DNA from: Octopus vulgaris
Taxonomy: Eukaryota
DNA length: 64,000 nucleotides
Reading direction: 5' to 3'
Assembly (NCBI GenBank): GCA_951406725.2
Contig: OX597814.1
Location: forward strand, 92,256,001 to 92,320,000
Position numbers and translations under genes: made by a program. Shown piece after piece: positions 1-15,016 of this stretch. Numbering within the stretch: position 1 is the first letter of the stretch; every line of letters starts with the position of its first letter. The notes beneath the pieces were generated by a model. It ran no database searches and was not told where the DNA came from. It saw only the letters and a program-made list of their open reading frames with translations.

Positions 1-240
1 AACCCTCCAGGGCGGTCTCCTTGTTTAAGTTGTGAATGCTGCCATAATCCTTGCCTTCAGTTTATCTTTGGTTTTACAAGTAGTTTTGTTGGTTTCTCAC
101 TCAACTGTTCTTCACACATAATAATCAAGGTGGTTGCAGTCTGGAGAGTTAGATGGCCAGATGTTAGGGGTGATGTGGTCGCAGAAATTGTCTGACAGCC
201 ATGACTGGGTTCTCCTACTTGTGTAACATGGTGCAGATCC
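1..240 (-). mobile_element. Degenerate maT/DD37D-like Tc1/mariner transposase 3' fragment
   Basis: Minus strand reads TSRRTQSWLSDNFCDHITPNIWPSNSPDCNHLDYYV with stops; same family as 24282-25128. Confidence 0.75.
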
Positions 241-844
241 ACTAGCTATGAAACATATGTAGTTTAGGCTTTATTCTGCCATTCCCCAAACTTTGGATGT
301 TTTTTCGCATATACATCAACCTCTGTTGCTAACTGTGAACTATGAAATTAAGTTTTTTCAGCTTACTGTACTTCCATTCGGGAAAAATTCACAAACTTCA
401 GCGCCAATAAACCTCCATGGTACCTCAATTTTTTAAAATCTTCTACACATTGTTTGAAGCTTACTAACTTCCTATACCTTGATCCTTGGATCTTACTTCT
501 ACACACACACACATACACATATAGCTGAAATTTGGCATAGTGGCAGATCTTGTCACGAAGCAGGTCATAGACAACGTGAAATTTCATAACATGGAAAATG
601 TGACAGAGTTTATTGGGGTATGAATTACGCTGTGGAACCAGTCATATTTTACTAACTGTGTGAACGTAAATACAGACTTGCCTTGGTTGATCAATTGTAT
701 GGATGAATAGTAGTCTCTCGGAGTCTGGGAAAGACGGTTTGGCAATTTATTACTGAAAAACCTGCATAGCTGATTAGTATGTAGTGATCAAATGTGCTCT
801 ACATTAGTTCGCTCCCTCCATCATATGGAAGTTTCCTGAGCAGC

Positions 845-995
845 TGCACGGCGTAACACAAGTCAGAAGTGGAAATGAGATGAAGTTTTTGTCCTCAAGA
901 ACACAACGCCCCATCCGGCCAAGGAATTGAAACCACGATCTTGTGATCGTGAATGCAACATCCTGCTCTTCTAAAACATGCACACTCCTAACCAA
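845..995 (-). mobile_element. Degenerate tRNA-headed SINE fragment
   Basis: Minus strand has B-box-like GGTTTCAATTCC; resembles the copy near 14500-14630. Confidence 0.45.
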
Positions 996-2151
996 ATTTA
1001 TACCGTCTTACTATTCGCTACTTTGTGAATACATTTTTTAAGAGGTATTCTCATTTTCAGCACTCTATGTAATTATTAGTTTCCTTTATGCAGGCCACTT
1101 GTTACTTTATAATATTAATTTTATTGAATATATCAAATTATCAAAAAATACATTAGAGTAGCCTTTATACTTCTATGTATATAAATATGTATATAACACG
1201 CATATGTACATGAATATAGAACTTTGTACATATAGAGATCACTTTATACATATATAGACCGCAACATGTACATATATAAAAAAAAATTTTAAAGCATTTG
1301 TTTTGTTGAATACGATTAGTCTTTTTAGAAACAAAACATTCAGGAGAATGAAAAGCGAATACATTTTGTTTTTAAGAAAAATATTAATGTTAAATTTGTT
1401 TTCTTCTAAATATATTTCTATATAGCTCGCACGTACAATACCTATTTAGAAAATATTTGTCTCATTCTTTTAAAGCATGTGTGTATGTGAGTGCGTGCTT
1501 GCGTGGGTGTGCGTGTGTGCATATGAATATGTCTGGTTATGTGGAGGAGAAAAGCAATTATTCTTAATATATTCTGTGCTTTGGTATTCACAGCATTCGT
1601 CATGTATTACCTTAATGCTTCTTTGCTTTGTATATGCTAACTGTGAAGACAACACTCTATACATCTTTTGTTTTATATATATTTTGGATCAATTCAAAAT
1701 AATCATATTGATTACCTGGTGAATTACCAATTAAGTAAATTTGAATCGGTTTACTTTTACTCCTTATACATTTCGTGTACCTGTGTGCGCGTGTATACGT
1801 GTGCACCTGTGCAGACATAAATGAAAGAATGAATGAATAAAAGAAGGAAATCGGTATAGAAGGAAGAAAAAAACGAAGGTGAGAAGGAAGGAATGGGGAG
1901 GTGGGAAAGAAGGAAGGAAAGAATATCGCCCTCTTTATGCCTACAGATAAGAAGCATCAGAAACTACCACCGTTCTTCGCATCACTCGTTGCATGTTCAT
2001 GCTCTTTTCGAGATAAGTAGGGCCAGTGAGTCCTGATTTCTCTTCCAGCTTGGTGATTGACAATCTTAGTTTTCGCAAGCACTTAGGGCTCCACGTTATC
2101 ATTCTTGTCTGGCTACCCTTTCTGGGTTGCGTAAGCCGAACCACTACTTGC

Positions 2152-2188
<37 letters not shown>

Positions 2189-2569
2189 TCAGTAATAATA
2201 AAAGGGTGAAATTAATTAATTAGGGATAATTATCAATTACACCAAGTAGATTTCGGTATGTAAAAGCCCCATTCGAGGAAAATTTAAGTAATACTAAGTA
2301 ATTAAGGGTTTAGCAACGAATTGCCTCACCAACACACCGAATTTAGAAATAGCAGTCAAAGAGATATAGCTATTCCTTCTACTAAAAGGGGGATCTCAGT
2401 AAAAACACAGCACTTAAAAGGCAAACACAGACAGGTAAGAAAGAAAGAATGAAATGACGGCAATCCATCATGCAATTTTAAGTTAACTACGGACGTACGT
2501 TTCGAGATCAAGTTTTAGGATATCATAAGAATTAGAAAATTCTATATATATATATATATATATATATAA

Positions 2570-2830
2570 TGAGAATTTACAAAATTATCAAGAGACGAAG
2601 ACGTGTGTAGAAACAACAAACAGATGTATTAGTTTAACACTTGGGAAGTGAGAAAGGCTTTTACGTATCGAGCCTACGCCTTTCGACAGAAAGGGACACA
2701 GAAATAAACAGGGACACAGAAAATAGAAAAGTTTTAGCAGCAAGCAATCTATCATGGCGAATGCCGGGCAGAGGGGTCACACAGGAGATCTAGGAAGAAG
2801 GGGAGATAATAAAGTAGCGGTGATCCCAAA
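2570..2830 (-). mobile_element. (TA)n-associated repeat with degenerate hammerhead-like motif (2658-2693)
   Basis: Minus strand cttt-CTGTCGA-AAGGCGTAGGCTC-GATA-CG-TA-aaag; homologous to 53436-53580. Confidence 0.45.
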
Positions 2831-3074
2831 ACATAGGTGAGCGTGCGTATGTATGTGAGAGCGTGTATGTGCGTGTGGAAGGGGGCTGGTGACCTTGACG
2901 AGTACGTGTGTGCATGTGTATGTGTGTGGATGATGGTGTAGGTACTGGGAAGTGGTCAGTGCTAGTGTGTGCGCTGGTGTGGGTGCTGGGAAGTGGTCAG
3001 TGCTAGTGTGTGCGGGGTGGTGTGATGTGGTGTGGTGTGGCATGGTGGTGTTGTGTGGTGATGTGTGGTGTGTG

Positions 3075-3305
3075 GCGGTGAGCTGGCAGAAACGTTAGCA
3101 CGCCGGGCAAAATGTTAAGCGGTATTTCGTCTGCCGTTACGTTGTGAGTTGGAATTCCGCCGAGTTCGACTTTGCCTTTCATCCTTTCGGGGTCGATAAA
3201 TTAAGTACCAGTTACTCACTGATGTCGATGTAATCGTCTTAAAACCTATGTCTGTCTTGTTTGTCCCCTCTATGTTTAGCCCCTTGTGGGTAATAAAGAA
3301 ATAGG
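3075..3305 (+). mobile_element. tRNA-derived SINE, family A
   Basis: Head GAGCTGGCAGAAACGTTAGCACG and central GCCTTTCATCCTTTCGGGGTCGATAAATTAAGTACCAG; several copies in the window. Confidence 0.8.
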
Positions 3306-3577
3306 TGTGTGGTGTGGTGGTATGGGGTGTGGGGGAAACAAGGGTGGGATCTAAGGGACAGGTGGGATGGGATGTATAGGGATGATTGGGTTGGAATGTG
3401 TAGGGTGGGGTAACCAGGGAGGGGATGACGATGAAAGGAGCGGGTGGAAGGGTGAAGGTGGGTAGGAATGAAGAGAGGAAGTAGGTGTGAGAGGAAGAGG
3501 AGAGAGGAGGAGGAGGGTTGAGTCTATATGGCGCAAAGGAGCCGATGTGATGCAAAGCATAAATACACACATACACG

Positions 3578-3627
<50 letters not shown>

Positions 3628-3669
3628 CATATATACACATATATGTATTTTCATAGATAGTCAGATTGG

Positions 3670-3731
<62 letters not shown>

Positions 3732-3732
3732 T

Positions 3733-3849
3733 AGCCTTGTCACAATCTGTAATCCGTTGAATATCCCTGAGAACTACGTTATGGGTACACGTGTCTGTGG
3801 AGTGGTCAGCCACAGGCACGTTAATTTCACGAACCGGTTGTTCCGTTGA

Positions 3850-3885
<36 letters not shown>

Positions 3886-3997
3886 TGGCATTCCGTCGCT
3901 TAAGGCGATGGGGGTTCCAGTTGATCCCTTCAACGGAACAGCTGCTCGTGAAATTAACGTACATGTGGTGGAGCACTCCAAAGACACATGAACCCAT
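3733..3997. repeat. Two diverged copies of one interspersed repeat, inverted around a (TA)n tract
   Basis: Reverse complement of about 3781-3850 matches about 3930-3997 (caacggaaca..gtgaaattaacgt..cactcca..gacac) with many mismatches. Confidence 0.7.
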
Positions 3998-4063
3998 CAC
4001 GTACACACATAGACACACAGAAACACACTCACATTTGTATGTATTTATATATATAGGTGTGTG

Positions 4064-4105
<42 letters not shown>

Positions 4106-4108
<3 letters not shown>

Positions 4109-5689
4109 TTGCGGTCAAAATGTTCAGAACGGCATTGTTTTCGTCAGAAAAGTAGATATAAGTTTTTATCAAAGTAGTTTTATATTCTATAATTTTCACA
4201 CACAATAAATACAAGATTTTGGTGTAATTTGAGAGGATAATACAAAAGTTATGGATGATTTAGGGATTTTCTGCAAAACCCATGGCGGCCAAAATGATCA
4301 GAACGGTTGAAAAAAATAACAAAATAATCAAAATTGACAGAGAATACTGGAATTATTTAATATTTAGTGTGAAGCCCTTTAGCTTCAATCACACTCTGAC
4401 ATCTTCGACTGCATGAGGAAATTAAAATTTCAATTTCTTGCTGGGTGATCTTATTCCATTCTTCCTGAAGGGCATTCCATAATTGCTGAGTTGTTTTAGG
4501 ATTTCTGGCTTTCGAACGTTCTCTTAGAATATTTCACACATTTTCAATAGGATTGAGATCTGGGCTTTGAGCAGGCCAATCCATAACAATAACCTTTTCA
4601 GCCATGAGAAAGTTCATGACCACTTTAGCCTTGTGACATGGGGCAGTGTCCTGCATGAATATGGGTGGTCGCTTAGTTGAATTTCTCAGCACAGGCAAGA
4701 CATGATCTTTTACAAGTTGCTTATAAACTCCTGCATTTACCTTTTCATGTAATCGCACCAAAGGGCCCACACCATCTCCAGATATCATCCCCCAAACCAT
4801 GACACTTCCTCCACCGAATTTAACACTAGTCTTAAGGCATTTAGGCGACAATTTTTCACCTACTTTTCCCATCTGAGCCAAATAGCATAAACTTAGATTC
4901 ATCACTGAAATGCACCGTTTGCCATTTTTCTTGAGACCACAACACATGATCGGTTGCAAAGGTAAGACGACACTTTTTATTCTTGGAGCTGATCAGTGGC
5001 TTCACTGCAGGTCCTCTTGCTTGTAGGTCATGTTCAACTAAACGACGAGACAGTTTTTCAAGATAATGTTTTCTTCAATACAATGCTCATTTTCCGAGAA
5101 ACAGCAGCAGCAGTTTTAAATCTGTCCTTTTTAACCAACTTTACCATAGCACGATCTTCTCTCTTGGTCGTTTTTCTTGGCCTACCTTTGTGGCTTCACA
5201 CGACCCACAATCATCGTAGACCTTAAGAATACCGTGTACAACACTTTTTGACTTGTTAACAATCTTTGCAATAGATCCAATACTTAAATTATCCTTCCTT
5301 CGAAGCTTAATAATCTTCTGACGAATTGGTAACGGAGTAAGTGGCATTATATTAACAAAGTATACTGCAAATATTCTTACTAATGTTTAGTAAACGAACC
5401 GTCACGTAAACAAATGCAAAACATTAGAGTTCGCCGGTTAAATATACTAAAACACGGAGTAAAAGCAACCGTTCTGATCATTTTGGCCACCATGGGTTTT
5501 GCAGTAAATCACTAAATCATCCATGACTTTTGTATTATCCTCTCAAATTACACCAAAATCTCCGGCAATAACAAATAATATCGTATTTATTGTGTGTGAA
5601 AATTATAGAATATAAAACAACTTTGATAAAAAATTATATCTACTTTTCTGACGAAAACAATGCCGTTCTGAACATTTTGGTCGTAACTG
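4106..5689 (-). mobile_element. Full-length but decayed Tc1 transposon with long IR/DR terminal repeats
   Basis: About 200-220 bp TIRs (4106-4309, 5466-5689), each with two copies of caaaatg(t/a)tcagaacgg; TA on both sides. Confidence 0.92.
4357..5347 (-). pseudogene. Frameshifted Tc1 DDE transposase
   Basis: N-terminal HTH region, SVMVWG, FMQDTAPCH, WPAQSPDLNPIENV, ends GLHTKY*; split over frames. Confidence 0.88.
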
Positions 5690-5899
5690 TATATACATAT
5701 ATTCATTTACTAAAAATTTTTCACTTTTGCCAAATGTCGAATATAGTCCGCTATAATTTCGGAGTTATGTAGTACAAGTTATGAAATTGATCAGGTGTCC
5801 ATCTGAAAGAGTGCGACAATCCTATAGGCATCATTATGTTCCAGAATCAGATCCTAAATGTGCATTTTGGAAAAAAAATTATATTTATTTGCATGATGT

Positions 5900-6124
5900 T
5901 CTTTTACTTGTTTCAGTCATTAGACGGTGACCATGCTGTTGCACCGCCTTGAAGAAATTTTAGTCGAATGAATCGACCCTGGTACGTATTTTTATAGCCT
6001 GTTACTTATTCTATCGATTTATTTTAGGAACCGCGAAGTTACGGGAGCATAAACACAACAACATCGGGTGTCAAGCATGTGAGGGTCAAATATTGACACA
6101 AACACACACAAATACACATATACA

Positions 6125-6166
<42 letters not shown>

Positions 6167-6310
6167 GACGGGCTTCTTTCAGTTACCGTCTACCAAATCC
6201 ACTTACAAGGCTTTAGTAGAAAACACTTGCCCAAGCGGGCCTTGTTTTGGGGCTGAACCCGGAACCATTTGGTTGGGAAGCTAGCTTCTTACCACATAGC
6301 CACGCCTGTA
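5900..6310 (-). mobile_element. tRNA-derived SINE, family B
   Basis: Reverse complement of the family seen at 41859-42281, with internal microsatellite. Confidence 0.75.
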
Positions 6311-6849
6311 AATTGTTTTCCTCTCTCGATGGTTACAAATTTTAATTATTGTCTGAGAATTTCTTTTCAAAATCCAGCTACTAGACTCTTCCAAGATTTC
6401 TGAATTAGAATATTATTCGAAAAGATTTTCAATATATTGGTTGACTAGAGTGATCACTAGGGAAATAGTATTCGTACGACCAAAAGAGGAAATCGATTCG
6501 AATCGATATGAGGTAATAAATTAACATGACAAATTATAGTGGAAAGGGGTAATTGACATCAAGAAAGCAAGACAAGTAATCAAACACCAAGCAACGAAGT
6601 GTGGAAATTTAAAGAAAGCGCTATATCTGAATATAGAAATTACATAGGTTATAAATTTGACCCTGTTTTAATACATTATCTCTAAAATATTTCTAGTCTG
6701 AACCAATATATAAATATAGCCCAATGTAAGTGCTCTTCAAATTGAATGGTAACATTACAAACCAAGTCAGTGTCCCTAGAGTAATTTCAACTACTGATAA
6801 AAGGATGTATTCAGTAAGATTCAATAATTTCTCTCCTGAAGAAAGAATA

Positions 6850-7060
6850 TTCTTTTATTCTGTTATTCTTTTACATGTTTCAATCATTTGAATGTGACCA
6901 AGCTGGAGCATCACCTTGAAGGGTTTTAGTCGCACAAATCAACACCAGGGCTTATTTATTTAGCCTGGTATTGTCCCATCGGTTTCTTTTACTAAACTGC
7001 TAGTAAACATATCAACTTCGACTGTCAGTCAGTGACAGGGGGGCAAACATAGAAACCAAA
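6850..7060 (-). mobile_element. SINE family B 3' fragment, diverged
   Basis: gctggagca..ccttgaagggttttagtcg matches the family B tail. Confidence 0.55.
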
Positions 7061-7086
7061 ACACACATACACACACACACACACAC

Positions 7087-7141
<55 letters not shown>

Positions 7142-7254
7142 TACATGCATACATATACATACGCATATGTATGTATGTATGTATAGATATATAGATAGAT
7201 AAAAAGCAGACGGACGGACAGACAGACAGAAAGATAGATACATAGATAGATAGG

Positions 7255-7330
<76 letters not shown>

Positions 7331-7352
7331 CAGATAGATTGATATATAGATG

Positions 7353-7626
7353 ATATTAATCAAGGAAATTCCATCCTTGATTTTCACGCTTTATCATTTA
7401 TAATTTTTTCAATTTAACAATATTGAAATAAACTAGAACTTTCATAAGTTAAGTAACCATTAGATTTAAGTAGTGAAAATCGTGTTCTGCAACTGACAAC
7501 TTGCCAGTTGTCAATCAATTGTTCACGCATGAAGGTTACTAGTTTATTTCAATATTGTAAAATTGTAAAAATTGTTAATAATAAAACGTAAAAATCAGAC
7601 TACGCTGAAGTTTCAATTATTAATAT
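7353..7626. mobile_element. MITE-like element with about 95-bp imperfect inverted termini
   Basis: acaatattgaaataaactag pairs with ctagtttatttcaatattgt; flanking AT-rich sequence extends the match. Confidence 0.55.
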
Positions 7627-8129
7627 ATTCTTCTATTCGCAATCTTACACACTCGGATATATATACATATAGCGGCGTGCGCTATGAGTATATATATAAA
7701 CTCTGTAAGACTCATTTACTCTTTCTTTTGGCCCCTTCTCACTTTCTTCGTTCTTTCCACTTCTCTTTTTCTCGCTCCCTCTCTCACACATTTCTTGGCC
7801 TTCTCTTCATTCTCATTACTTTCTTTCCTATTTTATCTCCCTTGTACCTTACTTTATGCCCTTTCCTTTCTTTTTCTCTCTTTCTCGTCTCTCCTTAATA
7901 CTTCACTCTTTCTGCCTCCTACCTCTCTCAACTCCTTCCACGTGACTGGTGTTCCGCCAAAACTGACCTTTCTTTATTGGTTCGGCTGCCATCCGTGAAG
8001 CATCTCTTATATTCCTTCCCATGACTTTCATCCCTTATGTTCCTCTCGTAAGGCTTCACTCCACACTCGCTAGCTTAATTTGATTCGTTCTTAGTTGAAA
8101 GACACCTGTTGTTAATGTCTTTTTGTTTG

Positions 8130-8415
8130 TATTTGTAATTGTGAACCATTTGTCCTATTTTTCGTCTTTTTTCTTATACATTCGCTTGCTTTCTTCCAAA
8201 GAATCTAGTGTTCTTTGCTTAGATTTTCTTGGAGCAGGCCAGATTGGAGCAGTCTCGAGAGTAACCGGCAGAAACTGCAGGGACGATCTGGAACTCGACT
8301 GACGATAGAAAGCTCCGAATGACCCGCCCTTATTTATTCCTGTCCTTCTTTGTATCATCTGTATCCTGATGTTTTGTTGTTGCCTGTTACGTTCTTGTTC
8401 CATTTTTTGGTGTTT
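8130..8415 (+). repeat. (TA)n-adjacent interspersed repeat, homologous to 53830-54115
   Basis: Shared blocks aatcta..gcttag, ggcc..ttggagca, gactga(c/a)gat(a/t)gaa..cgaatga. Confidence 0.55.
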
Positions 8416-8421
8416 TATATA

Positions 8422-8468
<47 letters not shown>

Positions 8469-8499
8469 GTGTGGGTGTGGGGTGTGTGGGTGTGTAGAG

Positions 8500-8650
8500 T
8501 GGGTTTCTTCCAGCATCCCTCTATCAAATCCACTCACAAGTCTTTGGTCGGACGGAGGTTATAGTAGAAGTCACTTACCCAAGGTACCACGCAGTGGGGC
8601 TGAACTCCGAACCGTGTGGTTGGGCAGCAAGTTTCTTACCACACAGGCAC
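8500..8650 (-). mobile_element. SINE family B 5' half
   Basis: aaatccactcacaag..ccacgcagtggggctgaac is the reverse complement of the family B head. Confidence 0.65.
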
Positions 8651-9132
8651 AAACATTTTTTTCAAAATGAATCCTTTGGAGATTATTAAAATTGATACTG
8701 AATGGTAGATATCTTAATTCAAATAGGGGAGCAACCCCGTTGAGTTATTTCTTACATTTCTAGATGATGACTATATGTATCTACAAATATATTTCGTGGC
8801 TAACGAACGATATCAGACAAAGCAACACTGAAACAATATTCCAGGGTTTCAGACAAATTTGATTTTGATATTCAGGAAACATTACATCAACACACTTAAA
8901 AACTGCCCTTGAACAGAATCTAATATGTAAGTTCTCGTTCATCAGATACAGTGCTCTCTAGAGAACATGAACTTGCTTTAATGATTTTATCTGCAACAAG
9001 TTTACCATTTTAATTGTTGCACACGTAGAACAGGTATTTCGAAGAGACATAATTCTGCATGAAATTAACTAAGTTCTCAGTGATTCAGAAACACACGATT
9101 TAAGCGGCAAATACATATCTACCTTATGTTTA

Positions 9133-9404
9133 CTAGCAGAAAGATACCCTCCGGGCTGTTTTCTGCTGGCCACTCGGTAATATTCCCACATTTGATTCCT
9201 TATTCTAATAATGTTTATTATATTTTACGTTTAATTATTTCTTTGTGTAATAGTGCTCACTTGCTTAGTACATATTGCTTTCATTAATCTATCATTCATA
9301 ATCTTTCTTGTTAAGAGAGTCAATCTGTTGTACATATGTATCATTAATAATTGGTAGAACTTACATTGATAATTAATAGAACTTACATAGATGTGCATAG
9401 ATAT

Positions 9405-9502
<98 letters not shown>

Positions 9503-11672
9503 GGGAAGATGGATGGATGGATGGATGGATGGATGGATGGTTGGATGGATAGATGGATGGATGGATGGATGTTTGGATGGATGGATTGATCGATCGATCG
9601 ATACACACACAAAGTCAGGTGCTGTGAGAACATTTAGGAATAACGTTTCCTTACTTTTTCAAATTTACCCAAATTTCAAGAGATCTGATATAATATCAGT
9701 CATTCAGCATGTGTTGAAATATGCCAAAATAATTTAATTCCGATTCCGCATAAATATATGTTACTTTACATAAAATTAATGTGTTAATTCCATTTACTGA
9801 AACTTGCTAAAAAGCATATTTTGCTTCAAAGTAGTATCTCCTTGTAGACACAATTGTCAATAATCATACTGTTTCCATTTCTCTCAGCCAATATTTTTAG
9901 ATTAGCCATTTTTCGAAGTCTAGATAATGCAACATGCAGCTGACCATGTGAGAATAATTGTGTCGGAAGATATATTCCAATTTGTTCAAAAGTCTGTCCT
10001 GCCTTATTGCACGTCAATGCGAAAGCTGGCTTGACAGGAAATTGTGTTGCGTGTAAATGGAAATGGAAATTTAATTTCTTGAGATACATGTGGTATTATT
10101 GGGATTAGCAGAGTTGATCAGAAGCAACCTCAGTCTCGATAACATGATCATATAAACTGACAATCATGTAGTGTGTACCATTGCAATGACCATTAGTAGC
10201 ATCAAAATTTCTCAGAAGCATTATGCATGGTTTTTCTTTCAGTTTGACAATGCGTGATGGAAATCCTGATGGTGTAAGTCTGTTGATGAACTCGATTGTG
10301 TACAGAGTTTCATTATCATCTGTATCTGAGCTTCTATATATTTTAGCTCACCAGGTATCCTGTTCAAGAGAAAATCATCCACAAATTGTGCTGCTTCAAT
10401 TGTTGGAGTAACGATGGTTCTATTTGCAAGCCACTCAGGGTATGTGAAGTTAATTTTGAGGTCAGCATATACAAAATCACATAGATCTGAAAGAATACCG
10501 TTTTGAAGGCAACGATCATTGGGTGGTTTAATTTTGAATTCACCTAGGCTTTGTTCAACATAAATGTTACTATTTCTTTCATCAAGAAGGTAATTAACAA
10601 ACTTTCTTTCATCAGAATGACCTTCTGTATGAAGTCTTAGATTGGTTGTCAACTCTACTACTTCCATATGATCGCAAGAAAAGATCTCTTTAGTGCTGCA
10701 TCAACAATTTGTCATCCGACACCATTATTTTGAAGTAGAATATTCTCCTCTCGAGATACCCTAACCAGTCGGCCATGTGTAGCGGAAACAGAATCATGTC
10801 TGGGTCTGGGTCTCCGTGCATATTCAGACATCTGTCTCTGTGACATCTGATTCAGTTGACCGTCTTTCTCTCTGCCATCTTATCTTTGCTGCTAAATTTT
10901 CCTTTTCAGTCGAATATTATATATAAATGAAAGCTCATTAAAAATTATCTTGTTTAGAAAGCATGAAATAGCAACGATGACATAGTTATTATTGTAAAAT
11001 TTATAGCGTTCCATGTAGCCATACCAAAAAAATCAATTTTTCATTAAAAAACAAAAATCACACCGGCATATTAAAGAATTTTCCTTTTATCAAAACTATT
11101 CACTTAACAAACTCCGGAATCTGATAATGTTTTGGAAATTGTGCCTCGTATCAAAGTTAATATATTCAACACAAAATCCCCCAAAAATTATATCGGTATA
11201 TTAAAGATATTTCGTTTTATCAAAAATATTCATTTAAAAAACTCCAGACTGATAATATTCTTGAAAGTGTGTCTCGTATCAAAGTTATATAGCTATTTTT
11301 AAATTATAATTAATGAAAATAGAGGCGAGCAAGAATGAGAGACTGTTGCAAATAAAGACATAAGATGTTGCCTGCAACGAATTGATAGTGTTTATTATTA
11401 AACATTAAAATCTACTCCTCAGTGAATGCAATGAATATTTAAATTCATAAAGAACTTAACGCAGTGAATGCAATGAATATTTAAATTTGCGAGAATTTGG
11501 AGTTTAAAAATTTCAATAAAATTCAGAAATCGGAATTATAGGAAATTTCTTAGAACATGAAAGTATAAAAATATTTCCAGACGGTCAAGCTTTTAATATT
11601 GCTTTTCTTTCAGTACTTTTAGTGATTGTTACATATCTAATTAATTAATAGCTTTCTCCATTATAGTATAGA
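9133..11672 (-). mobile_element. Internally deleted Helitron with PIF1-type helicase remnant
   Basis: Minus strand starts A|TCTATACTATAA (11672) and ends CTAG|T (9133); helicase motifs QFPVKPAFALT, FSHGQLHVALSR, NCVYKEIL at 9826-10720; internal tandem duplications at 11050-11290 and 11420-11490. Confidence 0.8.
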
Positions 11673-12482
11673 TTTAATGCTTTCATTGAAGGAAATAATA
11701 TACTATCAACTGAAATACTATATATAAATTTCGATTCTGTCGAGCAATCACAATGGATCTCCTTGAATAAAAAGAGATTCAGTGAAAAACCAGCTGAAAG
11801 ATAATTCACTACCACAATTACTTTTCATATTTTCAAGGCAAATGTTGATGTTCAGTTTTGCAGTTCACTAAAATCGGGGAAATATGTTGGAAAATGCGCA
11901 AAAAATAAATGAATAAAATAAAACAAGAAGTGACCAACTTGTTTTTTCCAGTTCAAGATCGTAATTTGTATGCGTGTTAATTGCAATGAACAAGAAGAGG
12001 ACTTAGAGTTATTGGGATCACATTTGGGATCATATCGTTCATCTCAATGGTGACTTAAACATTGCATTTTATCAATGATGAAATGAGAGGAAATTATTCC
12101 TTTTTAGCACCGATAGAAAACAAAGAGAATTTTATAAGCCGCCAACACTACAAGTTACAGACTAAAAGGAAAATGATTTAAAGTACCATATATAATATTA
12201 CGTTTACCATTTTAGAAAATAAATCATGTCTCCATAGAAAATACAAATATACGAGCTAATTTTATTTCAGGTCTCGTATTTCCATATTCTAAACACATTT
12301 TGAAAACATTCAAATTGAAAAATCTTCTGATTTGCTTGGATGCAGGAGTTTTTTAAGAAATCAATATTCTGGGCGATTCAAATTAAATTTTCAGCAACTT
12401 ATAAATTAAATTTATGCAAAATATAGAGAAATCCTATGAGTATAGTTATTTTAGTATCAATGAACACGAGAAGGTATGTAAA

Positions 12483-12626
<144 letters not shown>

Positions 12627-13293
12627 CGTGTGTTTGTGTAGGGATATGTGCCTTTATGTGTGTATACATACCAATATCTGATTTCACCGCACTGACGTGA
12701 CTGATACCTTGTTTAACGAATTATTTTGAAAGGTATTTGACTTTACTCTTGTAACAAAACATTTCAGCGTTTAATATTCAGTTTTACACTCATAAACAAA
12801 CACCTTGACTACATAAATTTCAGTGAACTTTGTGTGTGTGTGTGTGTGTGTGTATGTGTGTGTGTGTTTGTGTGTGTGTATGTGTGCGTGCGTGCGTGTG
12901 TTTGTGTGCGTGTTTGTGTGTGTGTGCGTGTGTGTGTGTGTGTGCATGTGTGTGTGTGTGAATGCTTCTTCCGTGAGAAAACGTCAACGAAATTGCCACA
13001 TCTAAAGCATCATAGCTTCCTTGAAGTTACAGAAAGACACATTGGGAATAAAAGCAGCTGCGTTAATTAATAAGTCCTGATCGCAAATTCATAACAGATT
13101 CGCACCGCACACGATTCATTAGATTATGTTGCAATGGAAGTCAACCCTTCATATACTTCGGAGCAGAGAAATCAACTATCAACACCATTTCTCCATAAAT
13201 TTCTCGAAGAGGGAGTCCTAACACTGAAATTATAGTTAATAGTGCTAACCATGCATGTGTAGAATTTTTTTTATATCTTGCGTTGTTTTGGTG

Positions 13294-13329
<36 letters not shown>

Positions 13330-13334
13330 GCAGT

Positions 13335-13490
13335 GTAGAAGGTGTTTATAAGCCATTTAAGAAACACACAAACACCGTTAGATTCACTTCAACTTTTAAA
13401 TTTAATTTGCCAAAATATTTTCGTTGCTTTGAGACCGCGACCTGTTCACTAAGAAAAGTATGTGCTGCATCTGAGAAAGCAACAGTTAGT
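13335..13490 (-). repeat. (TA)n-adjacent repeat with a highly variant hammerhead-like arrangement
   Basis: Minus strand GTGAACAG-gtcgc..gcaac-GAAA-ATAT-TT; core is non-canonical. Confidence 0.3.
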
Positions 13491-13889
13491 TCATGATATA
13501 TATGTACGTATGTGTGTGTAAGTATATATATATGTATGTATGTGTGTGTATGTATGTATGTATGTATGTATGTATGTATGTATGTATGTATGTATGTATG
13601 TATGTATGTATGTATGTATGTATGTATGTGCGTATGTATGTATGCGTGGACATGTATGTGCGCATCCATGTGTGCATGCCTATACGCATGTATGTATATA
13701 TGAAAGTATGTATTATGTACTTATGCATGTATGTGAGTATTTAGGAGAGTGTGTAGACGTCTCTTTGTGTGTGTACATGTGTATGTACATGTGAACGTAT
13801 GTTTATGTACTTATATGTCTCAGTTCAAGTCGTATACATGACTGTTACTTTATTGGAGGTTGTATATACACACATATACATGTACATAG

Positions 13890-13920
<31 letters not shown>

Positions 13921-13925
13921 CACAT

Positions 13926-14389
<464 letters not shown>

Positions 14390-14981
14390 GTGTGCTCTGC
14401 ATCATTTTAACTTTCGAATAATGCCACCCCATTGGCAGGTTGAGCAGGTCGGCATAGACCTTGATCGGAAAGCCAGTTTGACATACGGTTAAACCATTTA
14501 CAGTTGAGTGGACTGGAGCAGCGTTAAATGATGAGTTTTGTTCGGGAGCCCAACGCCCTGCATGGCCCAGGAAGCGAACCACGATCCAGCGATCGTGAGT
14601 GAAACACTTTTAACCACTTGGTCACATGCCTTCACACACACACACACACACACACAACTATGTATATTAATATTTATACATGTGTATGTACATATGTATG
14701 TCATTTTCGTGTTGTTAAGATATAAACTCTGTAAATTCCTATGTAGTTGTTAAATATTAGGATGCAACGAACTGAAATTGAAATATCATTACCTGAGTAT
14801 TTGTTTTAGTTAACAAATCATCTATTAATTTCATGGGTAAGCAGTCTGTTTATGCCACAATGAATCACTGAGGGAATGCATTACGACAGGTGAGTCTAAT
14901 ATAAACACAGTGTTGTTTATATTTTAACAGAATTAATCAATTGAAGCGTGAATTATTTTTTGGAACGTAATACTGTGTTAG

Positions 14982-15016
<35 letters not shown>

